Source of the DNA: an uncultured Verrucomicrobiae bacterium
Lineage (GTDB): Bacteria; Verrucomicrobiota; Verrucomicrobiia; Chthoniobacterales; UBA10450
Length of the DNA: 64,000 nt
Reading direction: 5' to 3'
NCBI GenBank assembly: GCA_963726745.1
Contig: CAVSDR010000002.1
Span: 350,206 to 414,205, forward strand
The notes under the pieces are model-generated. The model did no database searches, was not told where the DNA came from, and saw nothing but the letters and a program-made list of their open reading frames with translations. Below are positions 50,534 through 64,000 of this stretch, piece by piece. The first letter of the stretch is position 1. The number at the start of each line of letters is the position of its first letter. Both the position numbers and the translations under genes were made by a program.

Positions 50534-51382
50534 ATGCAGCATTTGATCCCGCCAAACGAGGAAGAACGTCTCGCACTTTTGCGCCGCTACGAGGTGTTGG
50601 ACACGCCGCCGGAGGAGACCTTTGACCGAATCACGCGTCTCGCGGCGCGCATTTTCCAAGTGCCGATGGCGACCATTTCAATGATCGATGAGCGGCGGCA
50701 ATGGTATAAGTCGTGTTACGGTCTCAACGGCGCGGGCACGCCGCGCGAGCTGGCCTTCTGCTCGCATGCGATTCTGGCGAACGATCTTTTCTTGATCGCG
50801 GATGCGAAGGCGGATCCGCGCTTCGCGACCAATCCGCTGGTGACCGGAGAACCCTTCATCCGCTTCTACGCGGGCGTGCCACTGGCGCCTCTCGCGGGGC
50901 AAAACATCGGCACGCTCTGCATCATCGACACCAAGCCGCGGGAGCTTTCCCCGCCGGAACGCCAGACGCTGCTCGACCTGGCCGCGCTGGTGATTGATGA
51001 GCTGCAATTTCGCCAGGCCGCGGCGGAGATTCGCCAGAAGGAACTGCGCTTCCGCGCGCTGACCGAAAACTCCGGGGACGTCAGCACCATCCTGTCGGCT
51101 AATGGCTCGATCATTTTTCAAAGCGACTCGGTCGAGCGCGTGCTCGGCCATCTCCCGGAAGATCTCGTCGGCCGGAAGATGACGGAGTTTATCCATCCGG
51201 AGGAGGTCGCGGAGTTTGAGGCGAAACTGGGCGAAGCCCAGCGCGCCGGGAAAAGCGCGGTGGCCTATCGGTTCCTGCACCGAGACCGCAGCTTCCGCCG
51301 GTTCGAGGCCACCGTGGCGAAAGCGCCGGCTAAGTTGGAAAGAGCCAGCCTGGTGCTGAACTCGCGCCCCTCTTCCGTCTGA
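50534..51382 (+). CDS. GAF plus PAS domain protein without output domain
   Basis: E.ERL..L..Y.VLDT, FC.HAI, DPRF..NPLV....IRFYAG.PL; PAS IHPE. Confidence 0.85.
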   Translation: MQHLIPPNEEERLALLRRYEVLDTPPEETFDRITRLAARIFQVPMATISMIDERRQWYKSCYGLNGAGTPRELAFCSHAILANDLFLIADAKADPRFATNPLVTGEPFIRFYAGVPLAPLAGQNIGTLCIIDTKPRELSPPERQTLLDLAALVIDELQFRQAAAEIRQKELRFRALTENSGDVSTILSANGSIIFQSDSVERVLGHLPEDLVGRKMTEFIHPEEVAEFEAKLGEAQRAGKSAVAYRFLHRDRSFRRFEATVAKAPAKLERASLVLNSRPSSV

Positions 51383-51451
51383 GGTTTAGCCGGCTGCGGC
51401 CGAAGAAGCTGAACGATGCCGGCTAGTCCAGTGCTGGTGATTTAGCGCGCG

Positions 51452-52114
51452 CTATTGCGGCCAGGTGAACGCGACCACTTCATCGGCCGCACGATGATTC
51501 GTCCAAAAGCGTTCGCCGTCGAAGGCGAGCGAGCGGCAGGCAAAAGGCACCGTCGCGAGATCGGTCACGACCGGCGTCTTGCCGGCTAATTCCACGCGCG
51601 CCAGCCGCCAGGATTCGTCCGGGTGCTCGACGCCGCGCAGGACATAGAGCGTTCCGCGGGCAAAAACGTGTCCACAAATCTCCGCGCCCACCGCGATCTC
51701 GGCGACCAGTTGGCCCTCGGCATCGAGCTGGAGAATGCGCTGCTTATACCACTGGCTCAGGTAAAGCGAATTGCCATCGAAGCTCAGATACGAGCCGGTA
51801 AAATCCGGGCAGGCGAAGAGTTTTTCGAAGCCCTCCTGCGGACGGTAGCGGTAGACGAAGCGATCATCCGACGCCCCTTCGCCGACGGTGAACCGCATCT
51901 CGTCGCCGAGCGAAACTGCCGCCCAGACGACGCCCGGCGGCTTGATTTCTTCGAGCACTTCCCAGCGCTCCGGTTCGACCCGGTAGAGCGAGCCGAGATC
52001 GCGCGAGCTCAACCAGAAATGCCCCGCTTGCCAGGCTAGAGCTTGCGGCGTGCGGCAGGGCGAAGCGAGGCGCCGGGATTCGGCGATCGGTGCGAGCGTC
52101 GTCGGTTCAATCAT
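51452..52114 (-). CDS. Hypothetical beta-propeller-like protein
   Basis: Repeated LA(W/F)DG..(F/L)W-type blades. Confidence 0.65.
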   Translation of the reverse strand: MIEPTTLAPIAESRRLASPCRTPQALAWQAGHFWLSSRDLGSLYRVEPERWEVLEEIKPPGVVWAAVSLGDEMRFTVGEGASDDRFVYRYRPQEGFEKLFACPDFTGSYLSFDGNSLYLSQWYKQRILQLDAEGQLVAEIAVGAEICGHVFARGTLYVLRGVEHPDESWRLARVELAGKTPVVTDLATVPFACRSLAFDGERFWTNHRAADEVVAFTWPQ

Positions 52115-52293
52115 GCCGAAAGGAGGTCCAGAATCGGCGCTGCGCCAAGCGAATTTCGAGGGCTACCAGCGCTTTCACTCAGCTTTCGAAAGCCGGGCGA
52201 CTTTTTGCGGGAAGCGTTTGTTTCCCCCTTCAAAGAGCGCACGTTCAGGACGATGCCGCGTTACCTGCTCTGCAATTGACCCAGAAAGTTTCC

Positions 52294-52797
52294 ATGAAAT
52301 TAGCCAACACCTTCATCTTGCTCGCCCTGCTCACGACAACGGCCCTCCACTCCGCCGCCGCGGCCGAGGCCAGCGCGCCCGAAGCGGTCGTTGCCCGCCT
52401 CTACCAGGTCCACGACACCGAGCAGAATCCGTTTTCCCATGCGACGGAGCGCGCCGCACTCGAGCGCTTTTTCGCGAAGGAATTAGCGGGCCTGATCCAC
52501 GCCGACGCGGTTGCGGCCAAGGGCGAAGTGGGCGCGCTCGAGTTCGATCCGATCTACGATTCGCAAGACCCGCAGATCACCGCGCTCAAGGTCGGCGAAC
52601 CGACGTTGAAAGGCGACGAACAGGCGACGGTCGAGGTGACCTATAAGGATTCCGGGAAGAATCGAAAACTCCTTTACACCCTGCAGCGCGACGCCGCGCA
52701 AATGTGGAAGATCTCCGACGTGCGTTACAACGACGGCCGCACCCTGGCGAAAATCCTGCGCAATTACGCGCGGGAGATGAAGAATGCCGAGGGCTGA
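52294..52797 (+). CDS. Secreted DUF3828-like protein
   Basis: Signal peptide, L.FDP....QD, WKI.DV.Y. Confidence 0.75.
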   Translation: MKLANTFILLALLTTTALHSAAAAEASAPEAVVARLYQVHDTEQNPFSHATERAALERFFAKELAGLIHADAVAAKGEVGALEFDPIYDSQDPQITALKVGEPTLKGDEQATVEVTYKDSGKNRKLLYTLQRDAAQMWKISDVRYNDGRTLAKILRNYAREMKNAEG

Positions 52798-52912
52798 GCC
52801 CGGGAGCGAGGCGGTCGCGACCGCTCGTTAGGCATTCATCGTGCCGGAGATTGCCGGCGGCGGCGGGCTTGGCGCGCGGCCACTCCTCCGTTAAAGGAAC
52901 TTCGGCTTCCCG

Positions 52913-55372
52913 ATGTCTTCCGCGCGTTCCATCCAGAATCTCGAATCGCTCCTCGCCTCGACCAGCGAGGGCATTTACGGGATCGACAACGACGGCTACT
53001 GCACCTTCGCGAACCGCGCCACCAGCGAGATGACCGGCTGGAGCGTCGAGGAATTGATCGGCCAGCAGATGCACGAACTCCTGCATCACCACCGCGCCGA
53101 TGGCTCGGTCTATCCGCACCAGGATTGCCCAATCTATGCCGCCTTCCGAGAGGAGCGCGGCTGCCGGGTGCATGGCGAAATTTTTTGGCGACGAGATGGC
53201 CGGCCTTTCCACGTCGACTACGCCTCGAACCCCACCCGCGAGAACGGTCTCGTCACCGGCGCGGTCGTCACTTTCATGGACATCTCGGAGCGGGTTGAGG
53301 CCGAGCAGGCGCTGCGCGAAAGCGAGGCGCGCAAGAGCGCGATCATGGCCTCGGCCCTCGATGCCGTGCTCACGATCGATCACGAGGGCTTGATCATGGA
53401 CTTCAATCCCGCGGCCGAGCGCATTTTCGGCCTTCGCCGCGAGGAAGCGGTCGGCCGCGAAATGGCGGCGCTGATCATCCCGCCGGCCCTGCGCGAGTTG
53501 CATCGCCGCGGCCTGGCGCATTGCGTGGCCACCGGCGAGGGCCCGATCCTCGATCGTCGCATTGAAATTTCCGCGGTGCGGGCAAACGGCGAGGAGTTTC
53601 CCGTCGAGCTCACCGTGACCGCGATTCCCGGCAGCGGCTACCGCGCCTTTACCGGCTTCATCCGCGACATCACCGACCGGAAAGCGGCCGAGGCGAATTT
53701 GCGCGAGGCCCAGGAGCAACGCGAGCGCGTCGCGCACCGCTCCGAGTTGCTCGCGCAGGCAAGCGCGCTCCTCGGCTCTTCGCTCGACTACGAGGTCGCG
53801 CTGAATAACGTCGTCTTCCTGGTCGTGCCGGAGATTGCCGACTGGTGCATCATCGACCTGCTCGAGGCGGAGGGCGAAATCCGCGGAGTCTCCTACGCCC
53901 ATGTCGACCAGTCGAAGATTGACCTGGTGAAGGAAATGCATCGCCGGTTTCCGCCGCGCCGCGACGACTCGGTCGGCGTGGGCCGGGTGCTCCGGACCGG
54001 CGAAGCGGAAATCTACGGCGCCATCGACGAGGAGTTGATGCAGGCCGCCGCGAAGAACGCGGAGCATTTCGAGATGATCCGCTCGCTGCAGTTGCGCTCG
54101 GCGATGATCGTCCCGCTGCGCACCAGCGGCGAGGTCATCGGGGCGCTCACCCTCGTGCGCGAAACCGAGCACCGCTTCAGCGAGGCCGATCTCCCGTTTG
54201 CGCAAGACCTGGCCACGCGCGCCGCGCTCGCGGTCGAGAACTCGCGCCTCTACTCAGCCGCCCGGCGCGCAAACGCGGCCAAGGATCACTTTTTCGCCGT
54301 CCTCAGCCACGAGCTGCGCACGCCGCTCAATCCCGTGCTCATGACCGTGAGCGCGATGGAAACCGATCCGATGCTGCCGGAAATCGTGCGCGCCGATATC
54401 GCGATGATCCGCCGGAACGTCGAGCTGGAGGCGCGCTTGATCGACGACCTGCTCGACCTGACCCGCATCTCGAACAACAAACTCACGCTTAATCAGCAAA
54501 TCGTCGATGCCCACGAGTTGCTCGACTATGCGGTCCACATCGTCCGGAGCGATTCCTCCATCTCGCAGGCTCCGCTGACCCTGGAGCTGGGCGCGACCGC
54601 CTTTCACCTCGAGGGCGACCCGGCGCGCTTGCAGCAGATCTTTTGGAACTTGCTCAAGAACGCGGTCAAATTCACGCCCGCCGACGGGACCGTCCTCGCG
54701 CGCACTTCCAATCCCGCGCCCGGCCAGTTGCTCGTGGAAGTGATCGACACGGGTCGCGGGATCGAGCCGGCGCTACTGCCGGTGATTTTCGACGCCTTCC
54801 AGCAGGAACGCCTGGAGGATCGGCCCGGGCCCGCAGGTCTCGGCCTGGGCCTCGCGATTTCCAAAGCGCTGGCTGATTTGCACGGCGGCAAGCTCACCGC
54901 GCATAGCGCCGGCCGCGACCAGGGCGCAACCTTTGCGCTCCGCCTAACGACCGCTCGCTCCCCCGCGGCCTCGGCCTTGGCGCAGCCGAACCCCGAGGCG
55001 GCCGCGGCCAAGCTGCGCCTTCTGGTGGTGGAAGATCACGAGACCACCGCGGCGGCGATGGTGCGCCTGCTTACCCGCCGCGGCCACACGGTCCATCTCG
55101 CGCACAGCGTCAAGACCGCGCTCGAGATCGCGGCGCAAAATTCCTTCGACGTGGTCCTAAGCGATCTCGGCCTGCCCGATGGCAATGGCTTCGAACTGAT
55201 GGAGCAACTGCGCGACCGCCACGGCTTGCGCGGGATCGCCTTGAGCGGTTACGGCATGGAGCTGGACCAGGAGCGGAGCCTTCGCTCCGGTTTCCTCGCG
55301 CACCTCACGAAGCCGGTCGATCTCCCGCGTTTGCTGCGGACGCTGGCGGAAGTGTCGTCGCGAGGGGCATGA
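52913..55372 (+). CDS. PAS-PAS-GAF hybrid histidine kinase/response regulator
   Basis: Two PAS, GAF, SHELRTPL, HATPase, REC. Confidence 0.94.
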   Translation: MSSARSIQNLESLLASTSEGIYGIDNDGYCTFANRATSEMTGWSVEELIGQQMHELLHHHRADGSVYPHQDCPIYAAFREERGCRVHGEIFWRRDGRPFHVDYASNPTRENGLVTGAVVTFMDISERVEAEQALRESEARKSAIMASALDAVLTIDHEGLIMDFNPAAERIFGLRREEAVGREMAALIIPPALRELHRRGLAHCVATGEGPILDRRIEISAVRANGEEFPVELTVTAIPGSGYRAFTGFIRDITDRKAAEANLREAQEQRERVAHRSELLAQASALLGSSLDYEVALNNVVFLVVPEIADWCIIDLLEAEGEIRGVSYAHVDQSKIDLVKEMHRRFPPRRDDSVGVGRVLRTGEAEIYGAIDEELMQAAAKNAEHFEMIRSLQLRSAMIVPLRTSGEVIGALTLVRETEHRFSEADLPFAQDLATRAALAVENSRLYSAARRANAAKDHFFAVLSHELRTPLNPVLMTVSAMETDPMLPEIVRADIAMIRRNVELEARLIDDLLDLTRISNNKLTLNQQIVDAHELLDYAVHIVRSDSSISQAPLTLELGATAFHLEGDPARLQQIFWNLLKNAVKFTPADGTVLARTSNPAPGQLLVEVIDTGRGIEPALLPVIFDAFQQERLEDRPGPAGLGLGLAISKALADLHGGKLTAHSAGRDQGATFALRLTTARSPAASALAQPNPEAAAAKLRLLVVEDHETTAAAMVRLLTRRGHTVHLAHSVKTALEIAAQNSFDVVLSDLGLPDGNGFELMEQLRDRHGLRGIALSGYGMELDQERSLRSGFLAHLTKPVDLPRLLRTLAEVSSRGA

Positions 55373-55998
55373 AGATTTCTTGGGTAAAGCGCTGCCTGCT
55401 TCTGCTCTTGCTCGCGCCAGTGGTCGCGGGCGCGCTGGTCTATCTGGACTGGCACTGGAAACGCCCGCTCGCGCCGAGCGGCGGCTGGCCGTTTAGCCAG
55501 CGACTTGAATTGCCCGTGCCCTCCTATCGCCAGGGCGACAAAACCTGGCGCGCCGATGCGCTGGGCGGCGTGGCCGAAAATGGCACCGTCGGCAGCGCCG
55601 GTTGCGCGGTCGCTTCCGCGGCGATGGTTTTCCAGTCCTACGGGATCGCGGTTGATCCGCAGCAGCTAAATTGGTTCCTCACCGCCACCGGCGGCTACAC
55701 CGAGCAGGGCTGGCTCTATTGGGAACGCGCCGCCTGGTGGGCGCCCGACCGCGTCCGGCACGTCTACGAAGACCTCCCTTCCTATGCGCTCATCGATGCG
55801 AATCTCCGGCGCGGCAATCCCGTGATCGTCCGGGTGCGCTACGATACCGGCGTGACCCATTTCGTGGTCATCGCCGGCAAGATCGGCCGCGATTATTTGA
55901 TTCGCGATCCGGGTGCGGGCGCGGCCAAGGGCCTCTATCCGCTGCGGGAATTAGGCAGCAAGATCGAGGCGTTGCGCTTCTACCAGCAGCTGCCTTGA
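55369..55998 (+). CDS. C39-like peptidase
   Basis: Q.D..W, GCA..S, HFVV, DP; N-terminal anchor. Confidence 0.8.
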   Translation: MKISWVKRCLLLLLLAPVVAGALVYLDWHWKRPLAPSGGWPFSQRLELPVPSYRQGDKTWRADALGGVAENGTVGSAGCAVASAAMVFQSYGIAVDPQQLNWFLTATGGYTEQGWLYWERAAWWAPDRVRHVYEDLPSYALIDANLRRGNPVIVRVRYDTGVTHFVVIAGKIGRDYLIRDPGAGAAKGLYPLRELGSKIEALRFYQQLP

Positions 55999-56035
55999 CC
56001 GCGCAGGAAATGAACGGGAGCGAGAGCGTGGCTGC

Positions 56036-56320
56036 CTAATGCCAGGCGAAATTGCTCCCGCGCAACAAGAGAAAAATTCCCGCGACCGCAAGCAACGGAA
56101 GGAGATTAAAGGCCAGCGCGAGTGAGCCGAGCAAGAGCGAACGGCCCCGGATGAAGAACAGGCCGAGTGCGAGCGCCGCGCCGAGCGTCCACGCGCCGAG
56201 GGCGATCGGCCCATCGATCGCGAGATCGCGAAAAGGCCGAATGACTTCGAAAAGAAGCAAGCCGCCGCCCAGGCTGAGCAGGAACGCGGCGCTCGCCAGC
56301 ATCCAGGTCGCACGCTTCAT
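56036..56320 (-). CDS. Small membrane protein
   Basis: 94 aa with three hydrophobic segments from ATG 56320. Confidence 0.6.
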   Translation of the reverse strand: MKRATWMLASAAFLLSLGGGLLLFEVIRPFRDLAIDGPIALGAWTLGAALALGLFFIRGRSLLLGSLALAFNLLPLLAVAGIFLLLRGSNFAWH

Positions 56321-56404
56321 CGTGCCAGCACGCTGGCAGGTCGCCCGCGTTTGCCCATTCCAAAAAAAACAACCGCGCGCCGGCGAAGCTTCGATCCTCG
56401 CAGG

Positions 56405-59663
<3,259 letters not shown>

Positions 59664-59963
59664 CGAGCAGTCCAAGGTCCCGGCGTTCCATCCGCCAGGC
59701 TCTCAGCGTGCGTCCGGTAGTGCTCCCTGGAGCCGTCTGCGTTCGTAGTTCGCAATCCAGCACTTGCAAATCTCATGCAGCGGCACCGGGTCGAGGTAAT
59801 GCAGCTTCGTGCGTTCGCGCCAGAGCAGTGGCATCAACGGCGGAACTCTAGGCAACCTTATTGTTGCCTGTCGACCGCGTGCACCGGAAAGCGAGCGCGG
59901 TTCCTGTGTGGACCGCGTGGTTTTTCCTTCCCGCTCCGGTGGATGCGGAAATAGGGTGTCATC

Positions 59964-60509
<546 letters not shown>

Positions 60510-60512
60510 CGA

Positions 60513-63500
60513 ATGGAAGAAGCGGCCGACCCCGAGTGGATCTTCGGCGCAGCGCTGCCCCTTTCGCCCGGGGAAAGAACAGCCTTTCTCGAGAAAGCCT
60601 GCCGCGGAGATGCCGCGATGCTCGCGGAGGTGCGCGCGTTGCTGACCGCTTCCGAGTCCGCCGGCGAGTTCATGCACGAGGTAAATTTCCCGGGACGTCC
60701 GCAGCCGCACGCCGAAGCGCCGGGCGAACGCATCGGACGCTACAAACTCCTGCAGGAAATCGGCGAAGGCGGCTTCGGGACCGTGTGGATGGCGGAGCAG
60801 CTCGAGCCGGTCTCGCGCCGGGTGGCGTTGAAGATCATCAAGCTGGGGATGGATACGCGCGAAGTGATCGCGCGTTTCGAGAGCGAACGGCAGGCGCTCG
60901 CGATGATGGAACATCCGAACATCGCGCGGGTCTTCGACGCCGGCGCGACGCCGATCGGCCGGCCCTATTTCGTGATGGAGCTGGTCCGCGGAATTCCAAT
61001 CACGGAATACTGCGACGAAGCCGGGCTGGGCACACGCGAGCGGCTCGCGCTTTTCGGCGACGTCTGCGCGGCGATCAATCACGCGCACCAGAAGGGCGTG
61101 ATCCACCGCGACATCAAGCCGTCGAACGTCATGATCACGCTGCACGGCGAGCAGCCGGTGGTGAAGGTGATCGACTTCGGCATCGCCAAGGCGACGGAAG
61201 GCAAGCTGACCGAGCGGACGCTCTTCACGCGCTTCGAGCAATTCATCGGCACCCCGGTTTACATGAGCCCGGAACAGGCCAGCTGGAGCGGGCTGGATAT
61301 CGACACGCGCAGCGACATCTACTCGTTAGGCATTTTGCTCTACGAACTCCTGACCGGGAAACCGCCCTTCGACGCGCAGACCATGGCCGCGGCCGGCCCG
61401 GAGGAAGTGCGGCGGATGATCCGCGAAGTCGAGCCGGCCCGGCCCTCCACGCGCCTGCGCACGACCACGGAGGAAGAGCGCATCCGGCTGGCTCGCGGCC
61501 GGCAGATCGCACCCTCGAAAGTGAGCCACCTGGTCGAGCCGGATCTGGATTGGATCGTGATGAAAGCGATCGACAAGGATCGCGCGCGACGTTACGCGAC
61601 CGCGAATGAGTTCGCGCAGGACATCCGGCGTTTTCTGCTCGATGAGCCGGTCCATGCACGCCCGCCCACGGCCGCCTATCAACTCCGCAAGTTTGCCCGC
61701 CGCCACAAGGCCGCCTTTCGCGTCGCGGCCGGGATCGCAGCGATCCTCGTCGTCGCAACGCTCGTGAGCACAGGCGAGGCGTTCCGCGCGCTTGAACAAA
61801 AACGCCAGGCCGAGAAACAGCGCGCGCGCGCCGACCGCGAGACGGAGCGCGCCCAACAGGATCTGTATTACTCGCAAATGCACCTGGCCCAGCAATCGTG
61901 GCGCGAGCACCGCGGCTTGAAGCAAATGCGCGCGCTGCTCGCGCGTTGGCGACCGGCTCCGGGCGCGCCCGATCGACGCGGCTGGGAGTGGTCCTATCTC
62001 CGGGCGTTGCCGCAGCAAAATGTGCGCACCTTCACGCCCGCCGGCGCGGAGCAAGGTTCGGCCACGGTGGCGTGGCACATCGCCAGCGGGCGGCTCGCAG
62101 AAGGGGCCGCGAATGGGGTGATCCGCATCTGGGATGTCGCTCGCGCGACCTCCATCCTCGCCGTGCGCGCACCCGCGCCGGAGTTGACGTATTGCGGTCG
62201 TCGCTGGGTGGCGTGGCATCCGGACGGCAGTGCCTTCGCCGCCGCCGGGACGTGACGGCAGCGTGCGCGTTTGGGAGGTCGCCTCGGGAAAGGAAACGCG
62301 CCTCCTGCGCGCTGGAGAATCGCCGCTGAGCGCGGTCGCCTACAGCGCCGATGGTTCGCGGCTCGCTGCCTGGGGAACAGACGGCGAGATCACGATTTGG
62401 GACGCGACGAGTGATCAACCGAGCGCGCACCTCATTCATCCCGGCGAGGTCACCACCGGTGCCTGGAGTCCAGACGACCGGCAGTTCGCGCTCGGCCACA
62501 TCGACGGGTCGATCACCTTTTCCGGCGTGCAGACCGGCTCGCCTTACGTCGCGATCTTGCGCGCGCATCCGGACGAAATCTACGGCCTCGCCTGGAGCCC
62601 GGATAGCACCCGCCTCGCATCCACGAGCGGAAACGATTTCTTCGTCACGGTCTGGGAGGTGGCCACCAAATCGCGCGTGCTCGGGCCGCTGCGCCATTCC
62701 CACGGCATCACTGCTCTGGCCTGGGAACCAGACGGCCGACGCCTGGCCACGGGCAGCGTGGATGAAACGATCAAGATCTGGGACGCCTCCACCGGCCAGG
62801 AGGAAGTCACCCTGCGCGGTCTTTCGGATCGCGTGATCTCGCTCGCGTGGGGACCGGATGGGCGACTGGCCTCGGGCAGCGCCGATGGGAATGTGCGCAT
62901 CTGGGATTCGCTGCATGACCAGGAGTGGAAGGTGCTGACGGCGGAAGGCGGACGCGCGACCGCGGTGGCTTGGAGCCCGGACGGGCAGCTCGCCTCCGCG
63001 AGCGACGACGGAAACATTCGACTTTGGAATGCGGCCACCGGACACGAGAGCTTCGTGATCGCGGCGCACGATCGCACCCGGATGATTCCGCAGTTTGGCC
63101 TGATCCGCGCGCTCGCCTGGAGTCCGGATGGAAGCCGGATCGCCTCCGCGGGACTGGATGGCGCGGCAAAAATCTGGGACGTCGCCACCCGCCGCGAAGT
63201 CTTCGCCTTTCCCGCGGACCGTGGCGCTGTCTGGTGCCTTGCCTGGAGCCCGGATGGTCACTCCCTCGCCATCGGCACGCAGGATGGGAGCATCCAGATT
63301 GCTGCCAAACTGGACGCCGCTCCCGCCGTTCTCATCTTTTCGGCACATCCTGCCAGCCACCGGGACGAACCTTGGCGCGACGGCGTGCGGGCCCTTTCCT
63401 GGAGTCCTCAAGGCGATCGCCTGGCCAGCGGCGGCTTCGATAAGCTGGCGAAAATCTGGGATCCGCTTCGCGGCACGGAACTGGTGCGATGCCAGGGTCA

Positions 63501-63861
63501 CACGCAATTCGTTTCCAGCGTCGACTGGAGCCCGGATGGGAAACGTCTCGCCACGGCCTCGAGCGATTTCTCCGTCCGAACTTGGGACGCCGCCACCGGC
63601 GAGCCGCTGCAGGTCATGCGCGGGCATACCGACTTCGTGGACGCCGTCCGCTGGCACCCGGACGGCTCGCGCCTGGCCTCCGCCGGGATCGATAATTCAG
63701 TGCGCATTTGGGACCCCAAATCGGGACAGGAGACTTTCGTGCTCCGGGGCACCTCCGGGATGTTTCACGATCTCGCCTGGGGCCCGGACGGCGTGCAGCT
63801 CGCAGCTGCGAGCAGCGATGGCGCCGTTTATCTCTGGGACGCGGCGCCGGTTTCCCGGTAG
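60513..63861 (+). CDS. Ser/Thr protein kinase with TM segment and WD40 repeats, frameshift near 62250
   Basis: GEGGFG.V, VALK, HRDIKPSN, DFG, GTPVYMSPEQ; many WSPDG..LAS...D..V..WD repeats. Confidence 0.93.
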
Positions 63862-63956
63862 TCGAATTTTTTCACCTCGGGTGATCCGTTTTGCCGGCGG
63901 ATTGCGCTTGTGCTGGAGAAGCCCCCTTCCCGCTCACAACCAACCTCGCGATTCCT

Positions 63957-64000
63957 ATGATGAAAAAGCGCCTTCCCCTATCCCTTCTCCTGTTAGGCAT
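63957..64000 (+). CDS. 5' end of a probable secreted protein, truncated by window edge
   Basis: MMKKRLPLSLLLLG signal-peptide-like start. Confidence 0.55.
   Translation, partial: MMKKRLPLSLLLLG

Noticed and set aside
59703..59835. Small minus-strand ORF MPLLWRERTK... between katG and the ECF gene
   Set aside because: About 43 codons with no recognisable motif or clear start signal; cannot be supported.

Overview
GC-rich (roughly two-thirds GC by eye) bacterial chromosomal segment of about 60 CDS and one tRNA-Arg(ACG). Gene content suggests Verrucomicrobiota, probably Chthoniobacterales (inference from the C-terminal dockerin-like module, DUF5069 paralogs, PafA-family gene and ECF sigma-Ser/Thr kinase pair). 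It holds a MacAB-type ABC exporter, purB, an ABC/acyltransferase/glycosyltransferase operon ending in an active plus inactive Deg-like protease pair, an orphan PafA-family gene, a UvrD helicase, two related hybrid histidine kinases (one with a FIST sensor), a DEAD-box helicase, an orphan RsmH-like gene, katG and an ECF sigma/STK-WD40 pair. A lower-GC decayed island at about 34.1-38.2 kb contains an hsdM remnant and a broken secreted repeat protein. About ten genes carry single frameshifts, including housekeeping ones, which most likely reflects assembly indels. The strongest unexplained signal is a non-palindromic motif, (G)CCTAACGA(G): 28 exact 8-mers plus 9 further 7-mer cores counted by eye, on both strands, in all reading frames, often using rare codons or forming stop codons. 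All annotations are from motif recognition only; no searches were run.
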